61,078 nt of DNA from a virus (Duplodnaviria; Caudoviricetes), in IMG/VR virus record IMGVR_UViG_3300029442_000005, positions 1 through 61,078 of that record; one strand, given 5' to 3'. The notes below the pieces were generated by a model, which did no database searches, had not been told where the DNA came from, and saw only the letters and a program-made list of their open reading frames with translations. Positions 27,662-38,300 of this stretch are shown here, one piece after another. Both the position numbers and the translations under genes were made by a program. Each line of letters starts with the position of its first letter. Positions within the stretch are counted from its first letter, which is position 1.

Positions 27662-27693
27662 GATAAATATATAATGTACTCGTAGTATTTATA
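27662..27693. promoter_or_regulatory. Face-to-face late promoters for divergent genes
   Basis: GATAAATA on + (27662-27669) and TATAAATA on - (27686-27693). Confidence 0.6.
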
Positions 27694-27715
27694 CGGATAA
27701 AAAAGGGCTCAAAAA

Positions 27716-30700
27716 ATGGCAGATGTAAAAATTAGGCTAGAAGGTGATATAATCTCGGGTGCTACATTAACTGTTGAAAATGCAGATCAATTGGCTAAGA
27801 TATTCAGACTTGATCTTCTTGAAGCTGAAATAGATAAAGCTCTAGGTAAATTTAGTAATTCGTTAAATAGATTCAATAAAGCGTGTGATTCTTTGATGGA
27901 AAGTTCTAAGAGATTTTCTACACCTCCTCCAGCTAATAAGCAGGCATCTGCCACTCCAACAACAGGTACTTCTTCTATAAATGCTGCTTCTATTAATGCA
28001 TTACAAGCATCTAATTTAAAATTGGGAAATGTTATATGTTCAGCCTCTGCAACATTACAAACATCAAATTCTGCTTTAATTAGTGCATTACATTCAACTG
28101 CAATAGCAGTTGGAACTAAATCTATGTCTCCAACTAGAACTTCAAGGATGACAAGTAAATCTACTTCTAAGATTCCTACAACTCCAGCATTAAGTACTGC
28201 TGGTATTGGAACAGCAAGTATTGCAAGTGCTAGTATCGGTGCAGCACAAGCAGGATTTTTTAAAAATTTAGTAACTGCTAACACTGCTATGGGAGGTAGT
28301 CTTAGTTGGATATCTAAATTAGAATCAACAGCGTCTGGCTTGATGACATCATTTAAAGTTTTAGGAAAAGGTGCTGTAGCTACTGCAATAATAACTAATT
28401 TAGTTGGGGCAGCATTTAAAGGATTATTAGCAATAATTGGATCAGTAATAACATCAATTGGCGGAATGATTGCTTCTAGCATTAAATTTACAATGCAATT
28501 TTTAGATGGTGAAAATAAACTAAGTGCTTTTATAAATGGATTAGCTGAATTTACTTCAAATATTCCAATTATTGGCGGAGTTTTAGGTGGGTTAATAGGT
28601 ATAGTTGGTTCGGTAGTTAAACATCTAGAAGATTTATCAGATACTCAAGCTAACTTATCATCTAGTGGAGCTTCTTTTAATCAAAATTTGATGTTACTTA
28701 AACAAAGTGCAAATCGAGCTGGAGGCACTTTAGAACAATTTGCAAATGTAGTTAGATCAAATACAGAAAATTTTGCTAATTTTGGTACAGTTACTACTGG
28801 AGCATTAAAATTTGCGGCTGCGAGTAAGATATTACGTGAAGAATTTAGAAATATGGGTTACACCACTGAAGCTTTCAATGATGAATTAGCTTCTGCTATG
28901 GGAATATTAGGTACTGGTGCAGCAGTAAGAGGAGATAGTGATGCTGTAACAGCCAAAGCAGCCAAAGGATTGATGATTGAATTTGATTTAATGGCTAAAC
29001 TTACTGGCAAAAGTAGAAAGAGCCAAGAAGAAATAGCTAAAAGACAATTATTAGATGCTGCGTATCAACGAAAATTAGCAACAATGTCAGCAGAAGAACA
29101 GTCCAGGACAGTTGAAGCTTTGACTAGAACAACTGCTACCTTAGGTGAAGGCGGTGCTGATGTATTTAAAGCTAACTTGTTAGGGATGAGTTCTGCATTA
29201 ACAACTGCTGGTCGTATGTTTACTGTTACTATGCCAGATGCTGCAAGATCTGTTAGTAATTTATCTAAAAATATATATAATGCTAGTGAATCACAAATTG
29301 ATTTTACCAAAAGATTAGATTCACAACAAGCAGATGCTTTAGATAAAGCATTGCGAGCTGGTAATAAATTTGATGCTCAATTAATTGCTGGAGCATTAGG
29401 TATATCGGGTACCGCAGCAGAATTAAATAAAATATTTACTGAAATATACCAAAGTGGCAAAGGATTTTTAAATGCTGATAAAACATTAAATAAAGAAGCA
29501 TTTATGACAGCTATTCAAAAAGCCAGAGATGAACAACACGGCCGAGAGCGAATTGTATCATCACTTAAACGTTTTGAAGAAATGGTTATGAATTTAAGAG
29601 ATAGTGTAATAACTAAAATCTTAGTTCCAATGCTAGAAAAATTTACACCAATGTTAGAAAAGTTTGTTAATTGGATAGCTAGTAATCAAGATTTTCTTAT
29701 TAAAAAAATAACAGAATTTGGTACTTACATTATCAAAGTAGCAAGCGATATTGGAACTGCATTGATGACTATTTCGTCAGATGATATACAAAATAGAATG
29801 ATAGACATGTTAAGTTATGTTGGAGAAGTAGTAGTTTTAAACATAATGAAGATGTTAGGTGTATATTCACAAGATGAATACAATACAAAATTAGAAGCAG
29901 TTAATTTACAAAAGTCATTAAATGATGCAGCTAAAAAATCAGAAATATTACAGATTGATAAAATTAAATCACAACAAGAATTGAATAATTTGTCTAAGCA
30001 GCAACAATATGCTATGTCTGATGGTATTAGATTAGCAAACGAAAAGTTAATAGCTGATAAAGCAGTAATAGATGCTCAAAATAAACTTAGTGAAGCATCA
30101 CCAGAAGATAAAGCAGCAAAGCAAGCTATATTAAGTGCTGCTGAAGCCTCTCAAAAAGCAAGTAATGAAGCATTTGATAAAGTTAAACAATTTGTTACTT
30201 TTGATAAAAATACAAAGACGAATGAAGTAACTGCTAAACTAGATACAAAAGCATTTGAAAAATCAACTGAAGAAACAGGTAAGTTAATTACACACATACA
30301 AGAGCTTAATAATACATTAAAAGAAAAAGGTCCAGTTCAAAAACAGATTGAAAAATATAAATCTCAAAATAGTTGGGCTGAAGAACAACAAAGAAAAATT
30401 AAATTCGCTTCACCAGCCGAATATCAAAATGTAATGAATGAAGTTCGAAAATCTAGTGGATCTAGATATAATGGATTAGGTAATGATGCAGTATCTGTTC
30501 AATTACGTCGTGATGTTGAATATAATCAAAAGAAAATAGAAGACTTACAAAAGAGACAAGGTACCTCAACTGATTCAGAAAAACAAACAGCATTTGAAAA
30601 TGCCCAAGAACAAAAAAATAAAATATCCAGAACAATACGTAGTAAGGATGAAAGTATAAGTCGTGCAGAAAAACAAACTTTATCTGAATGGCGTGTTGCT

Positions 30701-31750
30701 GTTGCTAAACATGCACATGATTCTGCTGAAGATAAGCAAAATATCATAAACAAAGAAAAAGAATCAGTTAAAAAATTACAAGCTGAATTAGTTTTAGTTA
30801 CTAAAACTTTTGAAACATTGAGAAAAGAACTTAATGCTCCATTGGTGCCAGGTGCTACAGAAACTACACCAAGTAAAGCTGCTACTGGAGTTAATACAGG
30901 TAGTAAACGTCAAGATGTAGCTGAAAGATTTAAACAAGTAAATGAATTAGTTGGTCATAATAATTCTATTCGGGGATATCAAGCAGTTGCAGGTGGCACA
31001 ATAGATCAAAACTTAATTAATATAGCTAAACTACTGCCTAAAGGATTGGGCCAATTCTCTGCATTTAATGATGAGTTTCATCAAAGGAAAGGTCATGAAG
31101 GAAGTAAACACAGATTAGGTAAAGCATTTGATTTTGTTGTAAATAAAGATGAAGAATTATCAGAATTTAAAGAATTTAAAAGTATTGACGGTAACGGAAA
31201 TAAAAGTTGGATCGACTTTTTAAAATCTGAACAAGGTGATAAGTGGATCCAACAAAAATTACGTGGTGCGTCCGGAGGTATTCCAGTAAAAATACTCAAC
31301 GAATATGCCCATCCTAGCAAGGGTGAAACTGGAGGGCATATGCATCTAGAGTTAGAAAGAGAAACTGGATCAATTGGAAAAACTAGCAAACTGTTTGAAA
31401 ACTTTGGTGCCGGAACACCTCTAACTGCTCATGGACTTGAAAGTATAGTTACTCCAGATCAAATGAAGTTTTTATTTACAGACGTACAAACTAGAACTGC
31501 AAAAAACTTTACTACTATTTTAACTGATTTATTGAAAACAAAGACAAGTAAGTCTGAAGAATCAGTGCCTAAATCAACAGAAGTCCCAGTAGTTATACCA
31601 CAAAAACCAGTTGAAGATAAATCTTCAATGAAAATTGTTGAAGCATTTAATAATGGAGTTAATGAATTATCAAGTATTTTAGATGAAATTAAAGAAGCAA
31701 TTGAATTGTCAAACAGGAACTTAGGAAAGGTAGTTAAGAATACAGTTTAA
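27716..31750 (+). CDS. Tape-measure-like tail protein with C-terminal peptidase M15-like domain
   Basis: 1344 aa, Ala-rich helical body with a hydrophobic segment; SKHRLGKAFD...GGHMHLE zinc-peptidase motif; divergent from putative chaperone genes. Confidence 0.7.
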   Translation: MADVKIRLEGDIISGATLTVENADQLAKIFRLDLLEAEIDKALGKFSNSLNRFNKACDSLMESSKRFSTPPPANKQASATPTTGTSSINAASINALQASNLKLGNVICSASATLQTSNSALISALHSTAIAVGTKSMSPTRTSRMTSKSTSKIPTTPALSTAGIGTASIASASIGAAQAGFFKNLVTANTAMGGSLSWISKLESTASGLMTSFKVLGKGAVATAIITNLVGAAFKGLLAIIGSVITSIGGMIASSIKFTMQFLDGENKLSAFINGLAEFTSNIPIIGGVLGGLIGIVGSVVKHLEDLSDTQANLSSSGASFNQNLMLLKQSANRAGGTLEQFANVVRSNTENFANFGTVTTGALKFAAASKILREEFRNMGYTTEAFNDELASAMGILGTGAAVRGDSDAVTAKAAKGLMIEFDLMAKLTGKSRKSQEEIAKRQLLDAAYQRKLATMSAEEQSRTVEALTRTTATLGEGGADVFKANLLGMSSALTTAGRMFTVTMPDAARSVSNLSKNIYNASESQIDFTKRLDSQQADALDKALRAGNKFDAQLIAGALGISGTAAELNKIFTEIYQSGKGFLNADKTLNKEAFMTAIQKARDEQHGRERIVSSLKRFEEMVMNLRDSVITKILVPMLEKFTPMLEKFVNWIASNQDFLIKKITEFGTYIIKVASDIGTALMTISSDDIQNRMIDMLSYVGEVVVLNIMKMLGVYSQDEYNTKLEAVNLQKSLNDAAKKSEILQIDKIKSQQELNNLSKQQQYAMSDGIRLANEKLIADKAVIDAQNKLSEASPEDKAAKQAILSAAEASQKASNEAFDKVKQFVTFDKNTKTNEVTAKLDTKAFEKSTEETGKLITHIQELNNTLKEKGPVQKQIEKYKSQNSWAEEQQRKIKFASPAEYQNVMNEVRKSSGSRYNGLGNDAVSVQLRRDVEYNQKKIEDLQKRQGTSTDSEKQTAFENAQEQKNKISRTIRSKDESISRAEKQTLSEWRVAVAKHAHDSAEDKQNIINKEKESVKKLQAELVLVTKTFETLRKELNAPLVPGATETTPSKAATGVNTGSKRQDVAERFKQVNELVGHNNSIRGYQAVAGGTIDQNLINIAKLLPKGLGQFSAFNDEFHQRKGHEGSKHRLGKAFDFVVNKDEELSEFKEFKSIDGNGNKSWIDFLKSEQGDKWIQQKLRGASGGIPVKILNEYAHPSKGETGGHMHLELERETGSIGKTSKLFENFGAGTPLTAHGLESIVTPDQMKFLFTDVQTRTAKNFTTILTDLLKTKTSKSEESVPKSTEVPVVIPQKPVEDKSSMKIVEAFNNGVNELSSILDEIKEAIELSNRNLGKVVKNTV

Positions 31751-31763
31751 GGTAAATAGTTAT

Positions 31764-34700
31764 ATGTCCTGGCACAAATATTTTAAATTAGCGAACTCGG
31801 GTACGATGAGCCCTATTAGTGGTGGTCAAAATAAAGGTTCTGGATCAATGAAATACAACAATTTTTCCAGTATTTTGCCAGAGGTATATTTGGGTCACCC
31901 AAATCGTATTGATCGTTATACCTCATTAAATAATATGGTAACAGATGCAGAAGTAGGTGCAGCTCTAGATATTATAAGTGAATTTTGTACACAAAATAGT
32001 GAACAAAACGATACACCATTTGATATATCTTTTAAAGATAAACCAACAGAAACTGAAATTTCAATAATTAAGAAACAGCTCGATGCTTGGTGCAGTTTAA
32101 ATCAATTTGACAGACGACTTTTCAAAATTTTTAGAAATGTATTAAAATACGGAGATCAAGTTTTCATACGTGACCCAGAAACATTTAAGTTATTTTGGGT
32201 TGATATGATTGATGTTATTAAAATTATTGTTAATGAAAGTGAAGGTAAAGTACCTGAACAGTACATTATTAGAAATATAAATCCTAATTTTGAAAATTTA
32301 TCAGTTAATCAAGTAACAGCAGAAACACTTTATAATTCTACTAATATTGCAGCAGGTGGATCAGTTAAATATTCAACACCAACAGACTCGCATACTGTTA
32401 GTAGATTTTCACATGGTCTTAAAGAAATAGCAATTGAAGCTCAACATATAGTACATTTAAGCTTAACAGAAGGGTTAGATACTTGTTGGCCATTTGGTAC
32501 TAGCATTTTAGAAAATATTTACAAAGTCTTTAAACAAAAAGAACTCATTGAAGATGCAATTATTATTTATAGAATACAAAGGGCACCAGAACGTAGAATT
32601 TTTAAAATAGATGTTGGTGATATGCCAAGTCATTTAGCGATGGCATTCGTTGAACGTATTAAAAATGAAATTCATCAACGCAGAATTCCATCTGCTAGTG
32701 GTGGTGGCTGTTTTGCAATGGATACAAAAATTCCACTATTAGATGGAAGAAAACCTACATTACTAGAATTAAGTAAAGATTTTGAACAAGGAAAAGAAAA
32801 TTGGATTTATTCTTGTAATCCTGTTACAGGTGAAGCTGTTCCTGGAAAAATTACTTGGGCTGGTGTTACTCAACAATCGGCTAAAGTTATAAAAGTTACA
32901 TTAGATAATGGTGAATCAATAATTTGTACACCCGAACATAAATTTCCAATTATTGGAAAAGGTAAAGTAGAAGCTAAAGATATAGAACCATTGGTTGATA
33001 GCTTAATTAGCTTTAATACTAGATTGCATTCTATTAATGAAGAAAAAGAAAATAATTCACATAATCCACAATATCAACAAGTATTTGATCATTCAACTAA
33101 ATCTTGGAAATTTACTCATCGGATAGTAGCTAACTATTTTAAAGAAAGAAGCACTGAACAAAACTTAGTATTTTTACAAAAGTTTGAAAATGAACAGAAG
33201 AGAGTTATACACCATAAAGACTTTAATAAGTATAATAATAGTCCAGATAATTTGGTATTTATGTATGGTGCTGATCATTTTATGCTACATTCAGATAGTA
33301 GCAATTCATTTTGGAAAAACCTTACACCTGAGCAGAAAAATGAAATTGCAGAAAGAAGAAAATTCACAATTTCACAATGGTCAGAAGAGAAGAAAAATGA
33401 AACTGCAACTAAAATAGGTAATGCAAACAAAAATAGATTAAATAAGTTAAAATTCGAAGAACCAGAAAAATATCAGACACTAAAAAATATATGGTTACAA
33501 AATATAAAACTCGAATCTAAAAGTCCTTGGAGGAATCAAAAGTTAGAATGGTCAGATAGTTTATTTGAAATAGTGAAAAATACTGTATTAGAAAATGAAT
33601 CAAATTGGCTCGATACCTGTATATTATTAAGTCAAAATGATGAATTCATGAAAAAGTATGTTGAACTAAACCAACAAAAATCTAAAACAATTTCACATTT
33701 ACAATTAGAAGTATTTTCTTCTGGAACATTAAGAAATCTACTTAAAACCAATGGCTTCTCCACTTGGAGAAAATTCAAAAAGTCATTAAATCAACCTATT
33801 AGAAAGAAAACTTTGTCTCTTAATTGGGATAATGTATTGTTATCAGAAGTTGTAAAAGAAACAAAAAATTGTAATGGAAATAAGAAAAAAATTATTGAAA
33901 AATTAAATTCAAATTTTGTTTTTATGGCTCATTATGCAAAAATTAATGAACATTTGAAATCTGGTTGTCGAGGAAATGTTAATTATTTTGCACCGACAAC
34001 ATTGTTAACTTGTATCAAATCCAATGGATATAAACATTGGACAGACTTTAAACAAAAATTAGATCAATACAATCATAAAGTTCTGTCCATTGAATGGTTA
34101 GACGAACCAATTGAAGTTGGCACAATTACAGTTGATGGACATGAAGAATTACATAATTTTCATACATTTGCAATTGAGCAAGGTATATATACCTTCAACT
34201 CATCATTCGTAGATTCTTCATATCAAACATTAGGCGTAAATGAAGATTATTATTTTCCAATTGGTAGAGACGGCAAAGGTTCAAGTGTTGAAACATTACC
34301 TGGTGGTCAAAATTTAAATGATATTGCTGATTTGAAATTTTTCACTAATAAAATGTTTAGAGGACTAAGAATTCCAAGTAGTTATCTACCTACTACATCT
34401 GAAGATTCAGCAGCAGTTCATTCAGATGGCAAGGTTGGAACAGCATTAATACAAGAGCATAGATTTAATCAATATTGTAAACGTCTTCAATTATTAGTAT
34501 GTAGTTCATTAAATACAGAATTTAAGACTTTCTTAAAATGGCGTGGATTAAATATTGACAGTGGAATGTTTGATATTAAGTTTAACGAGCCACAAAATTT
34601 TGCTAGTTATAGACAAAGTGAACTTGATTCTGCAAAGATTCAGGGATTTACACAACTTGATCAATTCTCTTACTTATCTAAACAGTTTTTACTTGAACGT

Positions 34701-34952
34701 TATCTTGGCTTAACTGAAGACGAAATTCTAAAAAATAGTCAGCTGTGGCGTAATGAAAATCCTAAAAAAGATGAAGACACATACGAATCTGACACTAACT
34801 TACGAAATGTAGGAGTTAGTGCTGGTGGAATTGATACTGATTTAGAAGGATTAGAACCTGAATCAGAGGAAGGCGGAATGGGAGAGGAAGGCGAAATGGG
34901 AGCAACTCCAGGGGCTGAAGAAGCTGCACCTCCGCCCGTAACAGCACCATAG
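31764..34952 (+). CDS. gp20: Portal vertex protein (gp20-like) containing an intein
   Basis: FGTSILENIYKVFKQKELIEDAIIIYRIQRAPERRIFKIDVG, EDYYFP..GSSVETLPGGQNL, GLRIPSSYL. Confidence 0.93.
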   Translation: MSWHKYFKLANSGTMSPISGGQNKGSGSMKYNNFSSILPEVYLGHPNRIDRYTSLNNMVTDAEVGAALDIISEFCTQNSEQNDTPFDISFKDKPTETEISIIKKQLDAWCSLNQFDRRLFKIFRNVLKYGDQVFIRDPETFKLFWVDMIDVIKIIVNESEGKVPEQYIIRNINPNFENLSVNQVTAETLYNSTNIAAGGSVKYSTPTDSHTVSRFSHGLKEIAIEAQHIVHLSLTEGLDTCWPFGTSILENIYKVFKQKELIEDAIIIYRIQRAPERRIFKIDVGDMPSHLAMAFVERIKNEIHQRRIPSASGGGCFAMDTKIPLLDGRKPTLLELSKDFEQGKENWIYSCNPVTGEAVPGKITWAGVTQQSAKVIKVTLDNGESIICTPEHKFPIIGKGKVEAKDIEPLVDSLISFNTRLHSINEEKENNSHNPQYQQVFDHSTKSWKFTHRIVANYFKERSTEQNLVFLQKFENEQKRVIHHKDFNKYNNSPDNLVFMYGADHFMLHSDSSNSFWKNLTPEQKNEIAERRKFTISQWSEEKKNETATKIGNANKNRLNKLKFEEPEKYQTLKNIWLQNIKLESKSPWRNQKLEWSDSLFEIVKNTVLENESNWLDTCILLSQNDEFMKKYVELNQQKSKTISHLQLEVFSSGTLRNLLKTNGFSTWRKFKKSLNQPIRKKTLSLNWDNVLLSEVVKETKNCNGNKKKIIEKLNSNFVFMAHYAKINEHLKSGCRGNVNYFAPTTLLTCIKSNGYKHWTDFKQKLDQYNHKVLSIEWLDEPIEVGTITVDGHEELHNFHTFAIEQGIYTFNSSFVDSSYQTLGVNEDYYFPIGRDGKGSSVETLPGGQNLNDIADLKFFTNKMFRGLRIPSSYLPTTSEDSAAVHSDGKVGTALIQEHRFNQYCKRLQLLVCSSLNTEFKTFLKWRGLNIDSGMFDIKFNEPQNFASYRQSELDSAKIQGFTQLDQFSYLSKQFLLERYLGLTEDEILKNSQLWRNENPKKDEDTYESDTNLRNVGVSAGGIDTDLEGLEPESEEGGMGEEGEMGATPGAEEAAPPPVTAP
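32709..34199 (+). mobile_element. Intein (497 aa) with HNH-type endonuclease
   Basis: GGG|CFAMDTKIPLLDG (block A), ICTPEHKF (block B), VIHHKDFNKYNNSPDNL (HNH), VGTITVDG..HNFHTFAIEQGIYTFN|S (blocks F/G). Confidence 0.92.
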
Positions 34953-34964
34953 GTAAATAATTAC

Positions 34965-35342
34965 ATGACATATACAGGATTTAGTACTGTTAATCAATTC
35001 TCTCAGAAAAGCTTCAAACTAACTGATTATAATTTAATCAAACAAGATCTTCTAAATAGTATTAATACTAGTAGAGGAGAAAGAGTTATGCAGCCATATG
35101 AAGGAACATCAGTTTGGAATGTAATATTTGATCCTTTTACTGATGCATTACAAACAACTTTACAAGATGAATTTAGACGCATAATAAACAATGATCCAAG
35201 AGTAAAATTCGAATCAATGGTAATATCATCTAATAACAATGATGTCTCAATGAACATTGAAATTAGTTATACTGCAACTAATCAAATTGATACCATGGCA
35301 TTAATGTTTAAATCAGGTTCTTCAACTGCTTCATTGATGTAA
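34965..35342 (+). CDS. gp25: Baseplate wedge subunit, gp25-like
   Basis: LIKQDLLNSINTSRGERVMQPYEGT..IFDP..IINNDPRV. Confidence 0.9.
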   Translation: MTYTGFSTVNQFSQKSFKLTDYNLIKQDLLNSINTSRGERVMQPYEGTSVWNVIFDPFTDALQTTLQDEFRRIINNDPRVKFESMVISSNNNDVSMNIEISYTATNQIDTMALMFKSGSSTASLM

Positions 35343-35380
35343 CAAAAACCAGTATTTTCATTGGCATAAATATATATGAT

Positions 35381-38300
35381 ATGAGCCAACAACAACGCAA
35401 ACAAAATCTTTTTGGTATCCAAGACTGGCAAGATATATATCAAAATTTTAGAGATGCTGACTTTAAGAGTTATGATTATGAAACCATACGTAAGAGTATG
35501 ATTGATTATCTACAGTTGTATCACCCTGAAAATTTTAACGACTACATTAATTCAAGTGAATATGTTGCACTCATTGATGTTATTGCTTTTATGGGTCAAT
35601 CATTGAGTTTTCGTATGGATTTAAATGCCAGAGAAAGCTTTATGGAAACAGCTAAACGTCGTGATAACATACTACGATTAGCACGATTAGTAAGTTATGA
35701 AGGCAAAAGAAATTTACCATCAAAAGGATATTTGAAAGTTTTAAGTGTTAGTACTGATGAAGTGGTTAGAGATGTATTAAATAATAACTTATCAAATGCA
35801 GCAATTAAGTGGAGTGATTTAAATAATCCAAATTGGCTAGAACAATGGAACACTGTGCTAAATGCAGTAATTTCAAGTAGTCAAAAAGTTGGTAATCCTG
35901 GAAACAGTGCTATATTAGATGGAATAAAAACTGACGAATATTCCATTGATTTGCCTAGTGGAACTGGTGTACCTTTTGGTTATTCTTCAACTATTCAAAA
36001 TAGAAGTATGAACTTTGAAGCAGTAAATACAACTTCATTGAATCAAAGTTTTCTGTATGAACAAAGTCCAAGTAACAAATCAACATTTAACTTATTGTTT
36101 AGAGAAGATCAACAAGGGTATTCAAGTAACAATACTGGTTATTTCTTATTTTTTAAACAAGGTTCTTTATTATTTGAAAAGTTTTCAGTAACTGAAAGTT
36201 TGCCAAATAGAATTATTAACTTATCATCAGAAGGAATTAATAATGATGATGTTTGGTTTTTTCAAATTAATAGTAATGGTTCATTAACTGAATGGTTAAA
36301 AGTTGATAATGTTGCAGGATCTAATATCAACTATAATTCATTTGCAGCTACACAAAAAAATATATTTTCAGTAACTAGTCAAATTGACGACAAAGCAAGT
36401 ATAATATTTGGAGATGGTGTTTTTAGTAATATTCCTGTAGGTGACTTTATTTGTTATTATCGAGTTAGTAATGGAGTTAATTATAGAATATCTCCTGCTG
36501 AAATGAATAATATTAATATTACTATTCCTTATGTTAGTAAGACAGGTCGTACACAATTATTAACTGTCACTGCTAGTCTAAAGTATACTGTTGCAAATAG
36601 TGCAACTAAAGAAAATTTAGACCAAATTAAATTAAAAGCACCACAAAATTATTACACACAGAATAGAATGGTTAACGGTCAAGACTACAATAGCTTTCCA
36701 TTTTCTAAATATAATAACATCTTAAAAATTAAGAGCGTAAACAGAACTAGTAGTGGTATAAGCAGATATCTAGATGTAATTGATTCAACTGGAAGATATA
36801 GTAATACAAACATAGTAGCCGACGATGGATATATTTTTAAAGATGATACTGTTATTCTTAATAGCTTCAGTTTTACTTCAGGCAACGATATAGTTAACGC
36901 AATAAATAATCAAGTTGTTCCGTCGGTTGCTAGTAATAGTATGTTATCATTCTTTTATGAATACTATAGTCCAGTTATTTTAAACACAAACAGTATTTCA
37001 TGGAAATTGGTATTAGCAGATAGTAATGCAGGAAGTGGTTACTTAAATAATACATCTGGAACAGTTATTAGTACAACAGATTCAAATTTTAATGACTTAT
37101 TTAAGGTTGGAGCTGTAATTGAATTTACTGCACCAACTGGAAAAATATTTGATTACGATAACAAGTTAGTTCCAGCAAGTTCAACTATTTTAATTAATCA
37201 GAAGCAAAATATATTTGCAACTGTTAGAACTATTACTTTTAGTGGCACTGGAAATCAAAGTGGAAATTCTGGTACAAATAATGATGGTACTGGAGCTATA
37301 GTATTAAGTGAAAAAATACCTACTGGAGCTATTTTAACTACAATATTACCAACATTTACATCTGTTATTCCTAGTGATATACAATTTTTATTATTCACTG
37401 CATTATCACAAAAACAAAACATTGGTATTGGATATAAGTCAGGTAGTACACAATCAGATAAGTCAGGGAGTTGGTTTATAATTAATAACCCAACTATTCC
37501 TTCAACCTTCATTGAACCTACTGATACATTAGCTGATAATCAACAAAGTTGGCTAATGGCTTTTATAAATTCTGGAAATACATATACAACGTATCAGAAG
37601 AGTATTAAATACTTTTTTGGTAGTGAAAAGCAAACAAGATTCTTTTTTGATCCAAGAGTAAAGATTTTTGATCCACAAAGTGGAAAACTATTAGTTGATA
37701 GAATTGATGTATTACAGACAAATTCTCAACCAGTGTTAAACACTAACTTTGGTTATAGTAATGATATTACATTGCGTGTTGTAAACACTGTCATTGAAAA
37801 TGATGGATATGTAGACGATACAAAGATACAAGTAAGTTTTTCAGATAAAAATAGCTTAGGTACACCTGATCAACCATATTTTTATATTGATATTGTTGGA
37901 ACAGTAATGTTAGCTGGTGTGAATAATAGTTATGTATTTTTCAAAAACGATCAAGCAAATTCTGGAAGTACATTATTAGTTCAACCAAAAGGAACAGTAA
38001 AATTTGCAGATCATGCTGTTGATATTGACAATGATATATATTCTTACAGTAATAACGATGTAATATTCACATTAGATACTAATGTTTTTTACATTATAAC
38101 AAGAACAGGAGTAGTTGCAAGTAAGAGCGTCACAACAGATTATTCATATAAATTTGGAAGACAGAATATTAAATTCCAATATAGACATAATGCTCCAAGT
38201 GATAGACGAATCGATCCTAGTCCAAGTAATATAATTGATATCTATATATTAGATAAAAACTATGCTGATGATTATGTAAAATGGTTAAAAGATACAAGTG

